Counted from the first letter of the stretch, positions 14,186 through 22,756 are shown. The stretch is 32,000 nucleotides of DNA from Halomicrobium mukohataei DSM 12286 (GCF_000023965.1 NC_013202.1:990001-1022000); one strand, 5' to 3'. Numbers and translations are program-made. The notes: generated from the sequence alone by a model not told the origin.

Positions 14186-17100
14186 TTAGTCGTCTGCTTC
14201 GGCGGTCTCGACGGTGGCGATGGCGATCTCCATCTCGACGCCTTCGACCGACCAGGTCTTGCGGTGGCCGTCCTCGACATCGCCGAACTCGTCGGCGCGG
14301 ACCTCCTCGGCGATGAGCTGCTCGTGTTCGCGCACGAGCTCGTCGATGCGCTCGTCGGCGACAGCGAGATCGAGGCGGATGCGCTCTTCCAGGTCCAGTT
14401 CCAGATCCTTGCGCATCTCCTGGACGCGGCGGATGACCTCGCGTGCGTATCCCTCGCTCTCGATGTCCTCCGTGAGCGTGGTGTCGACGTAGACGACGCC
14501 GTGGCCGCCCAGTGCCTCGAACTCGGTGCTCGCGACGCCTTCGGGCGTCTCGCGGCGGAACGACACCATCTCGTCGGTGAGCGCGACGGATTCGCCGAGC
14601 GCGTCCGAGACGGCGGCTTCCAGCGTGTCGAGGCTGGCTTCGTCGACGCGGGCCTCGTTGAGCGCGTTCATCACGCGGCCGGCGTCGTCACCGAAGGCCG
14701 GGCCGAGTTCGCTCATGTCGGCCTCCGCGGAGTAGGCCAGTTCGCCCCAGGCGTCGCCGCCGCCGACGATCTCGACGGTACGGGCGTTGAGCCGGTCGGC
14801 GACGAGGTCGGTGTGGGCCTCGATGGCCGCGGTGACGTCGTCGCTGTCGGTGTCGATCACGACGCGCGTGACCGGCCAGCGGAGCTTGCGCTCGGCCTGC
14901 TGGCGGGCGTTCGAGCCGGCCTCTTCGACGGCGCGGGCGACGGTGACCTCGTCTTCGAGCGTGGGATCTCGCAGTTCGTCGTCGACCGTCGGCCAGTCGC
15001 ACATGTGGACCGTCGGGTGCTCGCTCTCGCCGGTGAGCGTCCCGTAGATCTCCTCTGCGACGAACGGCGTGAACGGTGCCAGCAGCGCGACGACCTCGCG
15101 GAGCACGCGGTACAGTGTCGCGTAGGCGGCCCGTTTGGACTCGCTGTCGTCTTCCTCCCACATGCGCTCGCGGACCAGCTGGACGTAGTAGCGGGACACG
15201 TCCTCGACGACGAAATCGAGGATCCCCTCGATGGCGTCGTCCTGACGGAACTCCTCCATCGCTTCCGTCGCTTCGGCCTCGACCGTCTGGAGCCGCGAGA
15301 GCACCCACTCGTCGGCCAGGTCCAGCGTCACGTCGTCGATCCCGGTCCCTTCGGCGGCATCGCCGCCTTCGGATCGTTGCGACTCCGTCGCAACGCGCGG
15401 CGAGAACCCGTCCATCCGCATGTACGGCAGCGGGAAGCGAAAGACGTTCCAGAGGATGTTGAGCCGTCGCTGCATCTCCTCGGTCCCGTCGTACGAGAAG
15501 TTCATGTCCTCGCCGCGGGCGGCGAGCGACAGGAGGAACGCGCGCATCGGGTCCGCGCCGTAGTCGTCGATGACCTCGCCGGGGTCGACGCGGATGTCCC
15601 TGGACTTGGACATCGCGCGCCCGTCGGGCATCAGCGCGTGGCCGTGCATCACGACGCGCTCGTAGGGACTCGCGCCGACCGCCGCCGTCCCCATTCCGAG
15701 CTGGGACCAGAACCAGCCGCGGGTCTGGTCGTGGGCCTCGATGATGAGGTCGGCGGGCCACAGTTCGTCGAAGGCCTCGGTCTCGGAGGGGTAGTCGATC
15801 GTTCCCCACGTCGCGACGGCGGAGTCGAGCCACACGTCGAACACGTCCGGCACCCGCTCGTAGGTGACCCCGTCTTCGGTGATCGTCAGGTCGTCGACGG
15901 TGTCCTTGTGGAGGTCGACGGTCTCGGGGTCGATCTCCTGGTCGACGGCGTCGGCCAGCTCCTCGCGGTCGCCGACGACGATGGCGTCGTCCATGTCGCC
16001 GCTCCACTCGACGGGCTCGCCGTCGGCGTCCTCGCTGGGCAGCCAGATCGGGACCGGTGTCCCCCAGTACCGCTGTCGCGAGACGTTCCAGTCGGGGGCC
16101 TCCTCGACGAAGTTCCGGAAGCGGTTCTCGCGGGCCTCGTGGGGGTACCACTCCGAGTCGTCGATGTTGGCAAGCAGGTCGTCTTTGATGTCCGTGATCG
16201 TGATGAACCACTGGTCGGTGACGATCTGGACGATGCCCGTGTCACAGCGCCAGCAGTGGCCGTAGCTGTGTGTCGTCGTCTCGGCGGCCAGCATCCGACC
16301 GCGCGCTTCGAGGTCGTCGATGATCTCGTCGTCGGCGTCTTTGACGAACTGGCCTTCGTACGTGCCGGCGGCCTCGTCGTAGACGCCGTCCGGACCGACC
16401 GGACAGAAGATCTCCAGTCCGAGTTCGCGCCCGCGCTCGAAGTCTTCCTCGCCGTGGCCCGGTGCGGAGTGGACCAGCCCGGTCCCCTCGCCCTCGGTGT
16501 CGACGTACGGTGCTTCGTACACCTGTCCAGCACCATCGCCGTCGGGTGCGTCGGGCACTTTCTCGCGAAGCGGGTGGTCGTACTCCCAGCCAAGCAGGTC
16601 CTCGCCGCTCAGTTCCTCGACGATCTCGTAGTCGTCGTACCGACCCGCCCGGAGTACCTCGTCGACCTTCGGCTCGGCGACGTACAGCAGTTCCGTTTGG
16701 CCGTTTCGGGTCGCCTCGACGCCGACGTACGTCCCCTCGCCGTCGACCGCGACGAAGGTGTTTGCCGGGATCGTCCAGGGCGTCGTCGTCCAGACGACCA
16801 GATTCCCCTCGCGGTCGGCGAGGTCGAACTTCACGTAGATCGACGGGTCCTCCACGTCCTCGTACTCGACCTCGTTGTTGGCGATGGCGGTCTCACAGCG
16901 GGGACACTGGGTGATCGAGCGCTGGCCCTGCTCGACGAGATCGCGCTCGTGAGCGCTGGCAAAGCCCCACCAGGCGGCCTCCATGTACTCGGGCTCGACC
17001 GTCCGGTAGGGATTGTCCCAGTCCATCCAGACGCCGAACGACTTGAAGTCCTCTTGCAGGCCTTCGAGGCTCGTCTCGGCGAACTCCCGGCAGGCGTCGA

Positions 17101-17455
17101 CGAAGTTCTCGACGCCGAACGCCTCGATGTCTTTCTTGTTCCGGAACTCTTTCTCCTCCTCGACTTTGGTCTCGATCGGCAGGCCGTGCATGTCGTAGCC
17201 CGGCCGGTCGGTCACGTCGTAGCCGCACATTCGCTTGTAGCGGATGTACACGTCCTTGAGGCTCTTGTTCCAGGCGTGGCCCATGTGGGCCGAACCGGAC
17301 GTGTAGGGCGGTCCGTCGACGAAGAAGAAGTCCTCGCCGTCGGCCCGGTGCTCCACTGTCTTCTCGTAGGCGTCGATATCGTCCCAGTACTCGAAGACCC
17401 GCTCCTCGACCGCGGCGGGGTCGTACTGGTCGTCGACGGGGGCGAAGCGTTCCAT
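14186..17455 (-). CDS. ileS: Isoleucine--tRNA ligase
   Basis: 1089 aa. HIGH-type motif SGSAHMGH and KMSKS-type AMSKS. Class I editing-type synthetase of archaeal IleRS length. Confidence 0.95.
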   Translation of the reverse strand: MERFAPVDDQYDPAAVEERVFEYWDDIDAYEKTVEHRADGEDFFFVDGPPYTSGSAHMGHAWNKSLKDVYIRYKRMCGYDVTDRPGYDMHGLPIETKVEEEKEFRNKKDIEAFGVENFVDACREFAETSLEGLQEDFKSFGVWMDWDNPYRTVEPEYMEAAWWGFASAHERDLVEQGQRSITQCPRCETAIANNEVEYEDVEDPSIYVKFDLADREGNLVVWTTTPWTIPANTFVAVDGEGTYVGVEATRNGQTELLYVAEPKVDEVLRAGRYDDYEIVEELSGEDLLGWEYDHPLREKVPDAPDGDGAGQVYEAPYVDTEGEGTGLVHSAPGHGEEDFERGRELGLEIFCPVGPDGVYDEAAGTYEGQFVKDADDEIIDDLEARGRMLAAETTTHSYGHCWRCDTGIVQIVTDQWFITITDIKDDLLANIDDSEWYPHEARENRFRNFVEEAPDWNVSRQRYWGTPVPIWLPSEDADGEPVEWSGDMDDAIVVGDREELADAVDQEIDPETVDLHKDTVDDLTITEDGVTYERVPDVFDVWLDSAVATWGTIDYPSETEAFDELWPADLIIEAHDQTRGWFWSQLGMGTAAVGASPYERVVMHGHALMPDGRAMSKSRDIRVDPGEVIDDYGADPMRAFLLSLAARGEDMNFSYDGTEEMQRRLNILWNVFRFPLPYMRMDGFSPRVATESQRSEGGDAAEGTGIDDVTLDLADEWVLSRLQTVEAEATEAMEEFRQDDAIEGILDFVVEDVSRYYVQLVRERMWEEDDSESKRAAYATLYRVLREVVALLAPFTPFVAEEIYGTLTGESEHPTVHMCDWPTVDDELRDPTLEDEVTVARAVEEAGSNARQQAERKLRWPVTRVVIDTDSDDVTAAIEAHTDLVADRLNARTVEIVGGGDAWGELAYSAEADMSELGPAFGDDAGRVMNALNEARVDEASLDTLEAAVSDALGESVALTDEMVSFRRETPEGVASTEFEALGGHGVVYVDTTLTEDIESEGYAREVIRRVQEMRKDLELDLEERIRLDLAVADERIDELVREHEQLIAEEVRADEFGDVEDGHRKTWSVEGVEMEIAIATVETAEADD

Positions 17456-17544
17456 ACCCGACTACAGCGACGCCGGGACTAAAGGACAATCGGTTGTGTG
17501 TGACCCCGCCGCGGGGCACGCCGAGACGCCCGGCCGGGTCGTCC

Positions 17545-17730
17545 CTACACCTCGCGCTGGAGCAGGAGACTGACCGTCTCCCCGGTCTTGTCGGTGATCG
17601 GAGCGGCGACGTCCCACCCCTCCGCACCGAGCTCGTTCAGCTCGTCCATCGGGGGCGCGACATCGCCGCCGAGCCCCGCGATCATCACTTCGCTGTCGAC
17701 CTCGATCGTTCGGTACTCGTAGGAGGGCAT
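17545..17730 (-). CDS. DUF4177-like small protein
   Basis: 61 aa with the ELNELGAEGWD motif characteristic of that family. Confidence 0.7.
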   Translation of the reverse strand: MPSYEYRTIEVDSEVMIAGLGGDVAPPMDELNELGAEGWDVAAPITDKTGETVSLLLQREV

Positions 17731-17875
17731 GCGTTCACCGGCGCGGCCACGTCGCGGCCGTCCGCGAGGTGGTCGGCGACGGATCGCTCCGTTCCTCGCA
17801 TCGGTAAAAATACGCGCCCGATACTGTCGGTTTGGTATCGCCTACTTAAGTCAGTCGGACGATAGAACTATACAC

Positions 17876-18697
17876 ATGTCAGCAACCACCACTCTCTTGC
17901 AGGCCACACAGTCGGAGGCGGTCACGGCGATCGAGAACGACGTACTGTTGAGTTCGTCGCTGTGGGCGAACGTCGCCCTCGCCGGGCTGGCGATCCTGTT
18001 GTTCGTGTACATGGGCCGCAACGTCGAAGCGCCGCGGGCGAAGCTCATCTGGGGGGCGACGCTGATGATACCGCTGGTGTCGATCTCCAGTTACCTCGGC
18101 TTGCTCTCGGGGCTGACGGTCGGCTTCATCGAGATGCCGGCGGGGCACGCACTGGCCGGCGAGGAGGTCATGAGCCAGTGGGGCCGATACCTCACGTGGG
18201 CGCTGTCGACGCCGATGATCCTGCTGGCGCTGGGGCTCCTGGCGGATGTCGACATCGGTGACCTGTTCGTCGTGATCGCGGCCGACATCGGCATGTGCGT
18301 GACCGGGCTGGCCGCGGCGCTGATCACGTCATCGTACGGGCTCCGGTGGGCGTTTTACCTCGTCAGCTGTGCCTTCTTCCTCGTCGTGCTGTACGCCATC
18401 CTGGTCGAGTGGCCACAGAGCGCGACGGCGGCGGGCACCGACGAGATCTTCGGAACGCTGCGGGCGCTGACGGTGGTCCTGTGGCTGGGCTACCCGATCA
18501 TCTGGGCCGTCGGTATCGAAGGGCTGGCGCTGGTCCAGTCGGTCGGACTCACGTCCTGGGGGTACTCGGCGCTGGACATCGGCGCGAAGTACCTGTTCGC
18601 GTTCCTGCTGTTGCGCTGGGTCGCTGCGAACCAGGACGTCGTCGGGCAGCCGAGCCTCGACACTCACTCCGAGGGGACGGCCCCGGCCGACGACTGA
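17876..18697 (+). CDS. hop: Halorhodopsin (light-driven inward chloride pump)
   Basis: 273 aa from the ATG at 17876. Seven TM helices. RYLTWALSTPMILLALG gives T/S/A at the bacteriorhodopsin D85/T89/D96 positions. Retinal lysine in SALDIGAKYLFAFLLLRW. Confidence 0.9.
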   Translation: MSATTTLLQATQSEAVTAIENDVLLSSSLWANVALAGLAILLFVYMGRNVEAPRAKLIWGATLMIPLVSISSYLGLLSGLTVGFIEMPAGHALAGEEVMSQWGRYLTWALSTPMILLALGLLADVDIGDLFVVIAADIGMCVTGLAAALITSSYGLRWAFYLVSCAFFLVVLYAILVEWPQSATAAGTDEIFGTLRALTVVLWLGYPIIWAVGIEGLALVQSVGLTSWGYSALDIGAKYLFAFLLLRWVAANQDVVGQPSLDTHSEGTAPADD

Positions 18698-18784
18698 TCC
18701 TGTCGGCCGTACCGCTGCAAGCTATTCGCTACGGACAGGTAGCCGCTCTGAGACGGCCAGCCGCGACCGTCTCGGCCAGTCCGA

Positions 18785-18955
18785 CTACTCGGCGAAGTAG
18801 CTGGTGAAAAAGCCCGAGAGGAACGAGGAGATGGCGACCGCCAGTGCCATATCGCCGAGTCCCCACGGTCCGTCGTCGTCGGCCAACGCGACCGTGACGC
18901 CGACGCTGACGACAAGTGAGACGATTCCGTTGACGAGGTGCTTTCCGAAACCCAT
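18785..18955 (-). CDS. Small membrane protein (56 aa, below the ORF-track cutoff)
   Basis: MGFGKHLVNGIVSLVVSVGVTVALADDDGPWGLGDMALAVAISSFLSGFFTSYFAE*, translated by hand. Two hydrophobic helices and good GC3. Confidence 0.45.
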   Translation of the reverse strand: MGFGKHLVNGIVSLVVSVGVTVALADDDGPWGLGDMALAVAISSFLSGFFTSYFAE

Positions 18956-19007
18956 ACGCCCTCTTCGTCGGCCAGCGTCTCCACTCTTTCGCCGAGATGG
19001 ACCGGAG

Positions 19008-19014
19008 ATTTAAA
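19008..19014 (+). promoter_or_regulatory. TATA box (ATTTAAA) for the RecJ-like gene
   Basis: 27-33 nt upstream of the ATG at 19041. Confidence 0.5.
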
Positions 19015-19040
19015 CCCGATCAGGGACCAACCTCGCGCCG

Positions 19041-20519
19041 ATGGGACCAGTCCCCGACCTCGACGACGTTGCGACCGCGTGTGCCCAGCGGCTCTGTCGC
19101 GCGGATCGCGTACTGTTGGCGTCACACATCGACGCCGACGGCCTGACCAGTGCCGCCGTCGCCTCGCTGGCACTGGAGCGGGCCGGAATCCCCTTCGAGG
19201 TCGTGTTCAAGAAGCAACTCGACGAGACAGAGATCGCCTCGATCGCCGCCCGCGAATACGACACCGTCCTCTTTACCGACTTCGGCAGCGGGCAACTCGA
19301 CGTGATCAGCGAGCACGAGCGAGCGGGCGACTTCGAGCCCGTGATCGCCGACCACCACCAGCCGGCCGTCGTCGACGGGCAGCGCCCGTCTGCCAGTGGG
19401 ACGGACTCTCACCCTGCCGAGACGGAGTTTCACCTGAACCCGCTGCTCGTCGGCCTCGACGGGGCCTCGGAGCTGTCGGGTGCGGGCGCGAGCTACGTCC
19501 TCGCGCGGGCGCTGGCCGAGGTCGGCGAGACCGAGCCACCCGACGGGAACCGGGACCTGGCCGGTCTGGCCGTCGTCGGCGCTGTCGGTGACATGCAGGC
19601 CGTCGACGGCGAACTCGTCGGCGCGAACACCGGCATCGTCGAGGAGGGCGTCGCGGCCGGCGTCCTCGAAGAGGGGACCGACCTGACGCTGTACGGCAAG
19701 CAGACCCGGCCGCTGCCGAAGCTACTGGAGTACGCCACGGAGGTCCCGATCCCCGGCATCTCCAACGACGAGGCCGGCGCGATCCGGTTTCTCGAATCGC
19801 TCGGGCTCGACCTGAAGCGGTCCGGCGAGTGGCGCACGTGGGCGGACCTGACCGACGACGAACGCCAGACCGTCGCCAGCGCGCTGGTCCAGCGGGCCGT
19901 CGAGCGCGGCGTGCCCGCCGACGACATCCAGACGCTGATCGGCACGACGTACACGCTGACCGAGGAGCCGACGGGGACGGAGCTGCGCGACGCCAGCGAG
20001 TTCTCGACGCTGTTGAACGCGACCGCCCGCTACGAGCGTGCCGACGTGGGCCTTGCGGTGTGTCGCGGCGACCGCGAGGCCGCGCTCGACCGCGCCCAGA
20101 CGCTGCTCTCGAACCACCGTCGGAACCTCTCGGAGGGACTGACGCTGATCCAGGAGCGGGGCGTGACCCACGAGGACAACGTCCAGTGGTTCGACGCCGG
20201 CTCGGCGATCCGCGAGACGATCGTCGGCATCGTCGCCGGCATGGCGCTGGGGACGGCCGGCGTGGACGCCGACAAGCCGATCCTCGCGTTCGCCAGCAAG
20301 GACGACGACGAGACGAAAGTCTCCTCGCGCGGGACCGGCCCGCTCGTGGGACGGGGCCTGGACCTCTCGGCGGTGATGCGCGAGGCGGCCCGTTCGGTCG
20401 GCGGCGACGGCGGCGGCCACGACATCGCGGCCGGCGCGACCGTTCCGGCGGGCGAAGAGCAGGCCTTCGTCGACGCCGCCGACGAGATCGTGGCCGACCA
20501 GCTCGGCAACAAGAGCTAA
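19041..20519 (+). CDS. Archaeal RecJ-like DHH/DHHA1 phosphoesterase (RecJ/Cdc45 family)
   Basis: 492 aa. SHIDADGLTS, DHH motif IADHHQP and DHHA1 motif GGDGGGHDIAAGA. Confidence 0.85.
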   Translation: MGPVPDLDDVATACAQRLCRADRVLLASHIDADGLTSAAVASLALERAGIPFEVVFKKQLDETEIASIAAREYDTVLFTDFGSGQLDVISEHERAGDFEPVIADHHQPAVVDGQRPSASGTDSHPAETEFHLNPLLVGLDGASELSGAGASYVLARALAEVGETEPPDGNRDLAGLAVVGAVGDMQAVDGELVGANTGIVEEGVAAGVLEEGTDLTLYGKQTRPLPKLLEYATEVPIPGISNDEAGAIRFLESLGLDLKRSGEWRTWADLTDDERQTVASALVQRAVERGVPADDIQTLIGTTYTLTEEPTGTELRDASEFSTLLNATARYERADVGLAVCRGDREAALDRAQTLLSNHRRNLSEGLTLIQERGVTHEDNVQWFDAGSAIRETIVGIVAGMALGTAGVDADKPILAFASKDDDETKVSSRGTGPLVGRGLDLSAVMREAARSVGGDGGGHDIAAGATVPAGEEQAFVDAADEIVADQLGNKS

Positions 20520-20535
20520 CTACCTGCCTCACCGA

Positions 20536-20784
20536 ATGCGGGTGATGGACGAACGGGACGTCTTCGACCTGCTACTCGTCGTCGGGGTGTCGCTGGCCGC
20601 GTACGTCCACGTCTACGGGCTCGCCGATCCGCTCGCGACCGCCGACGAGATCGCGGCCCTGCTGCTCGCGTTGGACGTACGGGTCTACCTCGTGCTCGGC
20701 AGCGTCACGGGCGTGTTCTTCGTCGCCTACCTCGTGGTCTATCTCCCACAGAAAGACACCAACCGTTCGGTCCGACGCTCGTAG
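20536..20784 (+). CDS. Small 2-TM membrane protein
   Basis: 82 aa, strong GC3, two hydrophobic helices. The start could be 20545. Confidence 0.55.
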   Translation: MRVMDERDVFDLLLVVGVSLAAYVHVYGLADPLATADEIAALLLALDVRVYLVLGSVTGVFFVAYLVVYLPQKDTNRSVRRS

Positions 20785-20795
20785 AGGACTGGGCG

Positions 20796-21203
20796 TCAGC
20801 GATCGAGAAAGTCCGGTAGATCGAGCGCCTCGGTGCTGTCGACGTCCTGCCGATCGAGGAGTTCGGTCGGATCGAGCGCCGACGGGAGCCCGTCTCGACC
20901 GCCGGTCGGGCGGTCGTCGGGGTCGACGAGGATCGTCTCGCCCTCGACGAGGTCCGCCCAGACCGCGTCGCCGTCGGCGTCCGTCGACTCGGCGGCCGCA
21001 CGGGCCTCCTGGCGGCCCTCTCGGTAGGCGAGTTCGACCATGCTCCGGTTGTAGTTGGTCGCCATCTCGTCGTAGATGGCCTCCAGTTCCTCGCGGTTGT
21101 ACTCACCGAGTCGCTCCGCGACGCCGATGGCGTAGGCCCGCTCGGTGGCCTCGTCCTTGTCGAGGGCGTCCCACTCGTCGTACTCGGCGTGGTACAGGCT
21201 CAT
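20796..21203 (-). CDS. Acidic conserved hypothetical protein, translationally coupled to the KaiC-like ATPase
   Basis: 135 aa. Its ATG overlaps the upstream TGA (ATGA at 21200-21203). Confidence 0.65.
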   Translation of the reverse strand: MSLYHAEYDEWDALDKDEATERAYAIGVAERLGEYNREELEAIYDEMATNYNRSMVELAYREGRQEARAAAESTDADGDAVWADLVEGETILVDPDDRPTGGRDGLPSALDPTELLDRQDVDSTEALDLPDFLDR

Positions 21204-21898
21204 GATTCTACTTTCTCGCTCGGGTGGACCCGGAGTCCGGTGTCGGAGAAGCTGATCCGTCGGATGTCACAGTCGATGGCGGTGCCCCGCATCTTGATGA
21301 CCTGGAGCCCGCGGGTCATGCTCCCGCTATCGAGGAAGTTGTGGAAGAAGACGACGCCGTGGGCGAGGTAGTGCTCGTCGGAGTACGACGTGGGGTCGGT
21401 CATCTCGGAGATGAGCAAGACGGTCGCGTCGGTCTGTTTCAGCGCCGAGAGAAAGCCGGTGATCTCCTCGGAGACGTCCGTCAGAAAGTGCTGGAGCAAC
21501 ATCGTCGAGTCGACGACGACCCGTTCGACGTTGTTCTGCTCGATGAAGGCGACGAGGCGGCTCGTCAGTCCGCCCTCGGAACCGAACTGGGTGATGGTCC
21601 GCTTGCCGCTCTCGGTGACGAGGTTGAGAAACTGGATCGCATCGGACTGCATCGCGCGGTCGAACCCGAAGTCGTAGCCGGCCATGTCCTGCATCAGCTC
21701 TTCTTTGGTCTCGTGCATCGTCACGTAGAGACAGTCCTCGCCCCGCTTGGCTCCCTGCGTGATGAACTGTGCGCTGAACGTCGTCTTGCCGCTTCCGGGC
21801 GGACCGCTGATCACGTAGAGCCGGTTCTCCAGCAACCCACCCTCCACGAGCTCGTCGAATCCCGGCACACCACTCTCGAGTCGCATACCGCTAGTCAC
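21200..21898 (-). CDS. Single-domain KaiC-like RecA-superfamily ATPase
   Basis: 232 aa. GVPGFDELVEGGL, Walker A GPPGSGKT and Walker B RVVVDS. Confidence 0.85.
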   Translation of the reverse strand: MTSGMRLESGVPGFDELVEGGLLENRLYVISGPPGSGKTTFSAQFITQGAKRGEDCLYVTMHETKEELMQDMAGYDFGFDRAMQSDAIQFLNLVTESGKRTITQFGSEGGLTSRLVAFIEQNNVERVVVDSTMLLQHFLTDVSEEITGFLSALKQTDATVLLISEMTDPTSYSDEHYLAHGVVFFHNFLDSGSMTRGLQVIKMRGTAIDCDIRRISFSDTGLRVHPSEKVES

Positions 21899-21993
21899 AG
21901 CGAATCACGTAATAGGTGTTTTCGCTCCGTTTTCACGCCTGATAACTCACAGACGTGAACCGAACGAGGGCGGACCCGTCGGGCGGAGCGACG

Positions 21994-22014
21994 GTGACCG
22001 ACCTCGTCGGTCAC
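21994..22014. terminator. 9-bp hairpin overlapping the 3' end of the Zn-ribbon gene
   Basis: GTGACCGAC-ctc-GTCGGTCAC. The stop codon complement is at 22011-22013. Confidence 0.3.
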
Positions 22015-22259
22015 TGGAGACGGGCCCCACACTGCCGGCAGTAGACGAACGCGGGGTCGTTCTCGTTGTGCGTGCCACACTCGCGGCAGCGGCCGCCGCC
22101 AGTGGGATCGCCCGCGTCGACAGACGCCGGGGCGGCGGTGTCCACTCGGCTCGGCGTCGCGTCGGGTGCGGGGTCGTCACGCTGGAAGTACCGGTAGAGC
22201 AGCAACTGCACGAGCCCGAACCCGAGGACGTACGCGACGAGCCAGAACACCACGTCCAT
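22011..22259 (-). CDS. Membrane-anchored zinc-ribbon protein
   Basis: 82 aa. N-terminal TM helix, then CRECG...CRQCG. Confidence 0.65.
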   Translation of the reverse strand: MDVVFWLVAYVLGFGLVQLLLYRYFQRDDPAPDATPSRVDTAAPASVDAGDPTGGGRCRECGTHNENDPAFVYCRQCGARLQ

Positions 22260-22306
22260 ACCGTGTGATTCGGTACCGAGGAACTTGGCTGTTTCGGCAG
22301 GTTCTC

Positions 22307-22387
22307 ATACGGACGGTTGTCGTCCTGTACCGGTGAGCGTCTACCCCGTGGCGACGCTCACCGGTGCGCAACGACAACGTTCCGTAT
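22307..22387. repeat. 81-bp imperfect palindromic repeat, copy B
   Basis: ATACGGACGGTTGTCGTCCTGTACCGGTGAGCGTC / loop TACCCCGTGGC / GACGCTCACCGGTGCGCAACGACAACGTTCCGTAT. The arms pair at 29 of 35 positions. Confidence 0.85.
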
Positions 22388-22423
22388 CAGAGACGATAGT
22401 TCGGCGGGTCCCGTCGAACGGCG

Positions 22424-22737
22424 GTGTTCAGATAAGAGATCGAGAGTGGCGGAAGTAAAGCACCGAAAGCCCTCGGCCCGCTCGGCGGTTCTGTGGCGGA
22501 TATCCTCACTCCGCTCGGATAGTGCCGCCGCAGAACCGCCGAGCGGGCCTCGCCCTTTCATCCGCCAGGTATCGGCTATTTGATCGTCTGAACCCTGGCG
22601 GATGAAAGGGCGAGTGCAGTTGCGGGAACCCGGACCCCGCAAGCACCTACTGGAGCGCAGCGTGGGTCCCGGGACCGCAACTGCACGAGGGCTTTCGGTG
22701 TCTACAAGTCCACTGACGCAGTCGCTTATCTGAACAC
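22424..22737 (+). ncRNA. Candidate large structured RNA (four-way junction), family unknown
   Basis: P1 22424-22436/22725-22737 (13 bp) and P2 22461-22475/22686-22700 (15 bp). Hairpins H1 22476-22548, H2 22549-22614 and H3 22615-22685 abut with no linkers. The G-U pairs are compatible only with the plus strand. No credible ORF. Confidence 0.5.
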
Positions 22738-22756
22738 TACCCATCGAACAGATCCC

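Noticed and set aside
14117-17482. 1121-aa ORF on the plus strand spanning the whole ileS locus
   Set aside because: It is a mirror ORF antisense to a clearly recognisable IleRS. Its composition is repetitive, rich in V, D, G, L and R, with no motifs. This is a typical high-GC shadow frame.
18749-18772. GAGACGG-N10-CCGTCTC hairpin between hop and the small membrane gene, as a terminator or repeat member
   Set aside because: It has only a 7-bp stem, which is common by chance in GC-rich DNA, and its resemblance to the 81-bp family is weak.
22424-22737. Possibility that the four-way-junction element is RNase P RNA or SRP (7S) RNA
   Set aside because: I found no GGAAAGUCC-type CR-I and no ACAGAA..GGCUUA CR-V arrangement able to form P4. 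I also found no helix-8 GGAA tetraloop with an AGCA internal loop and no Alu-domain hairpins. The GCTTATC and CGGAAGTAAAGCA resemblances do not fit the required pairings. This should still be confirmed with Infernal.
22317-22744. ORFs 22317-22583(+) and 22358-22744(-) inside the structured gap
   Set aside because: They run through perfect palindromes, so the open frames are a by-product of the inverted repeats. They are basic, have poor GC3 and lack promoter spacing.
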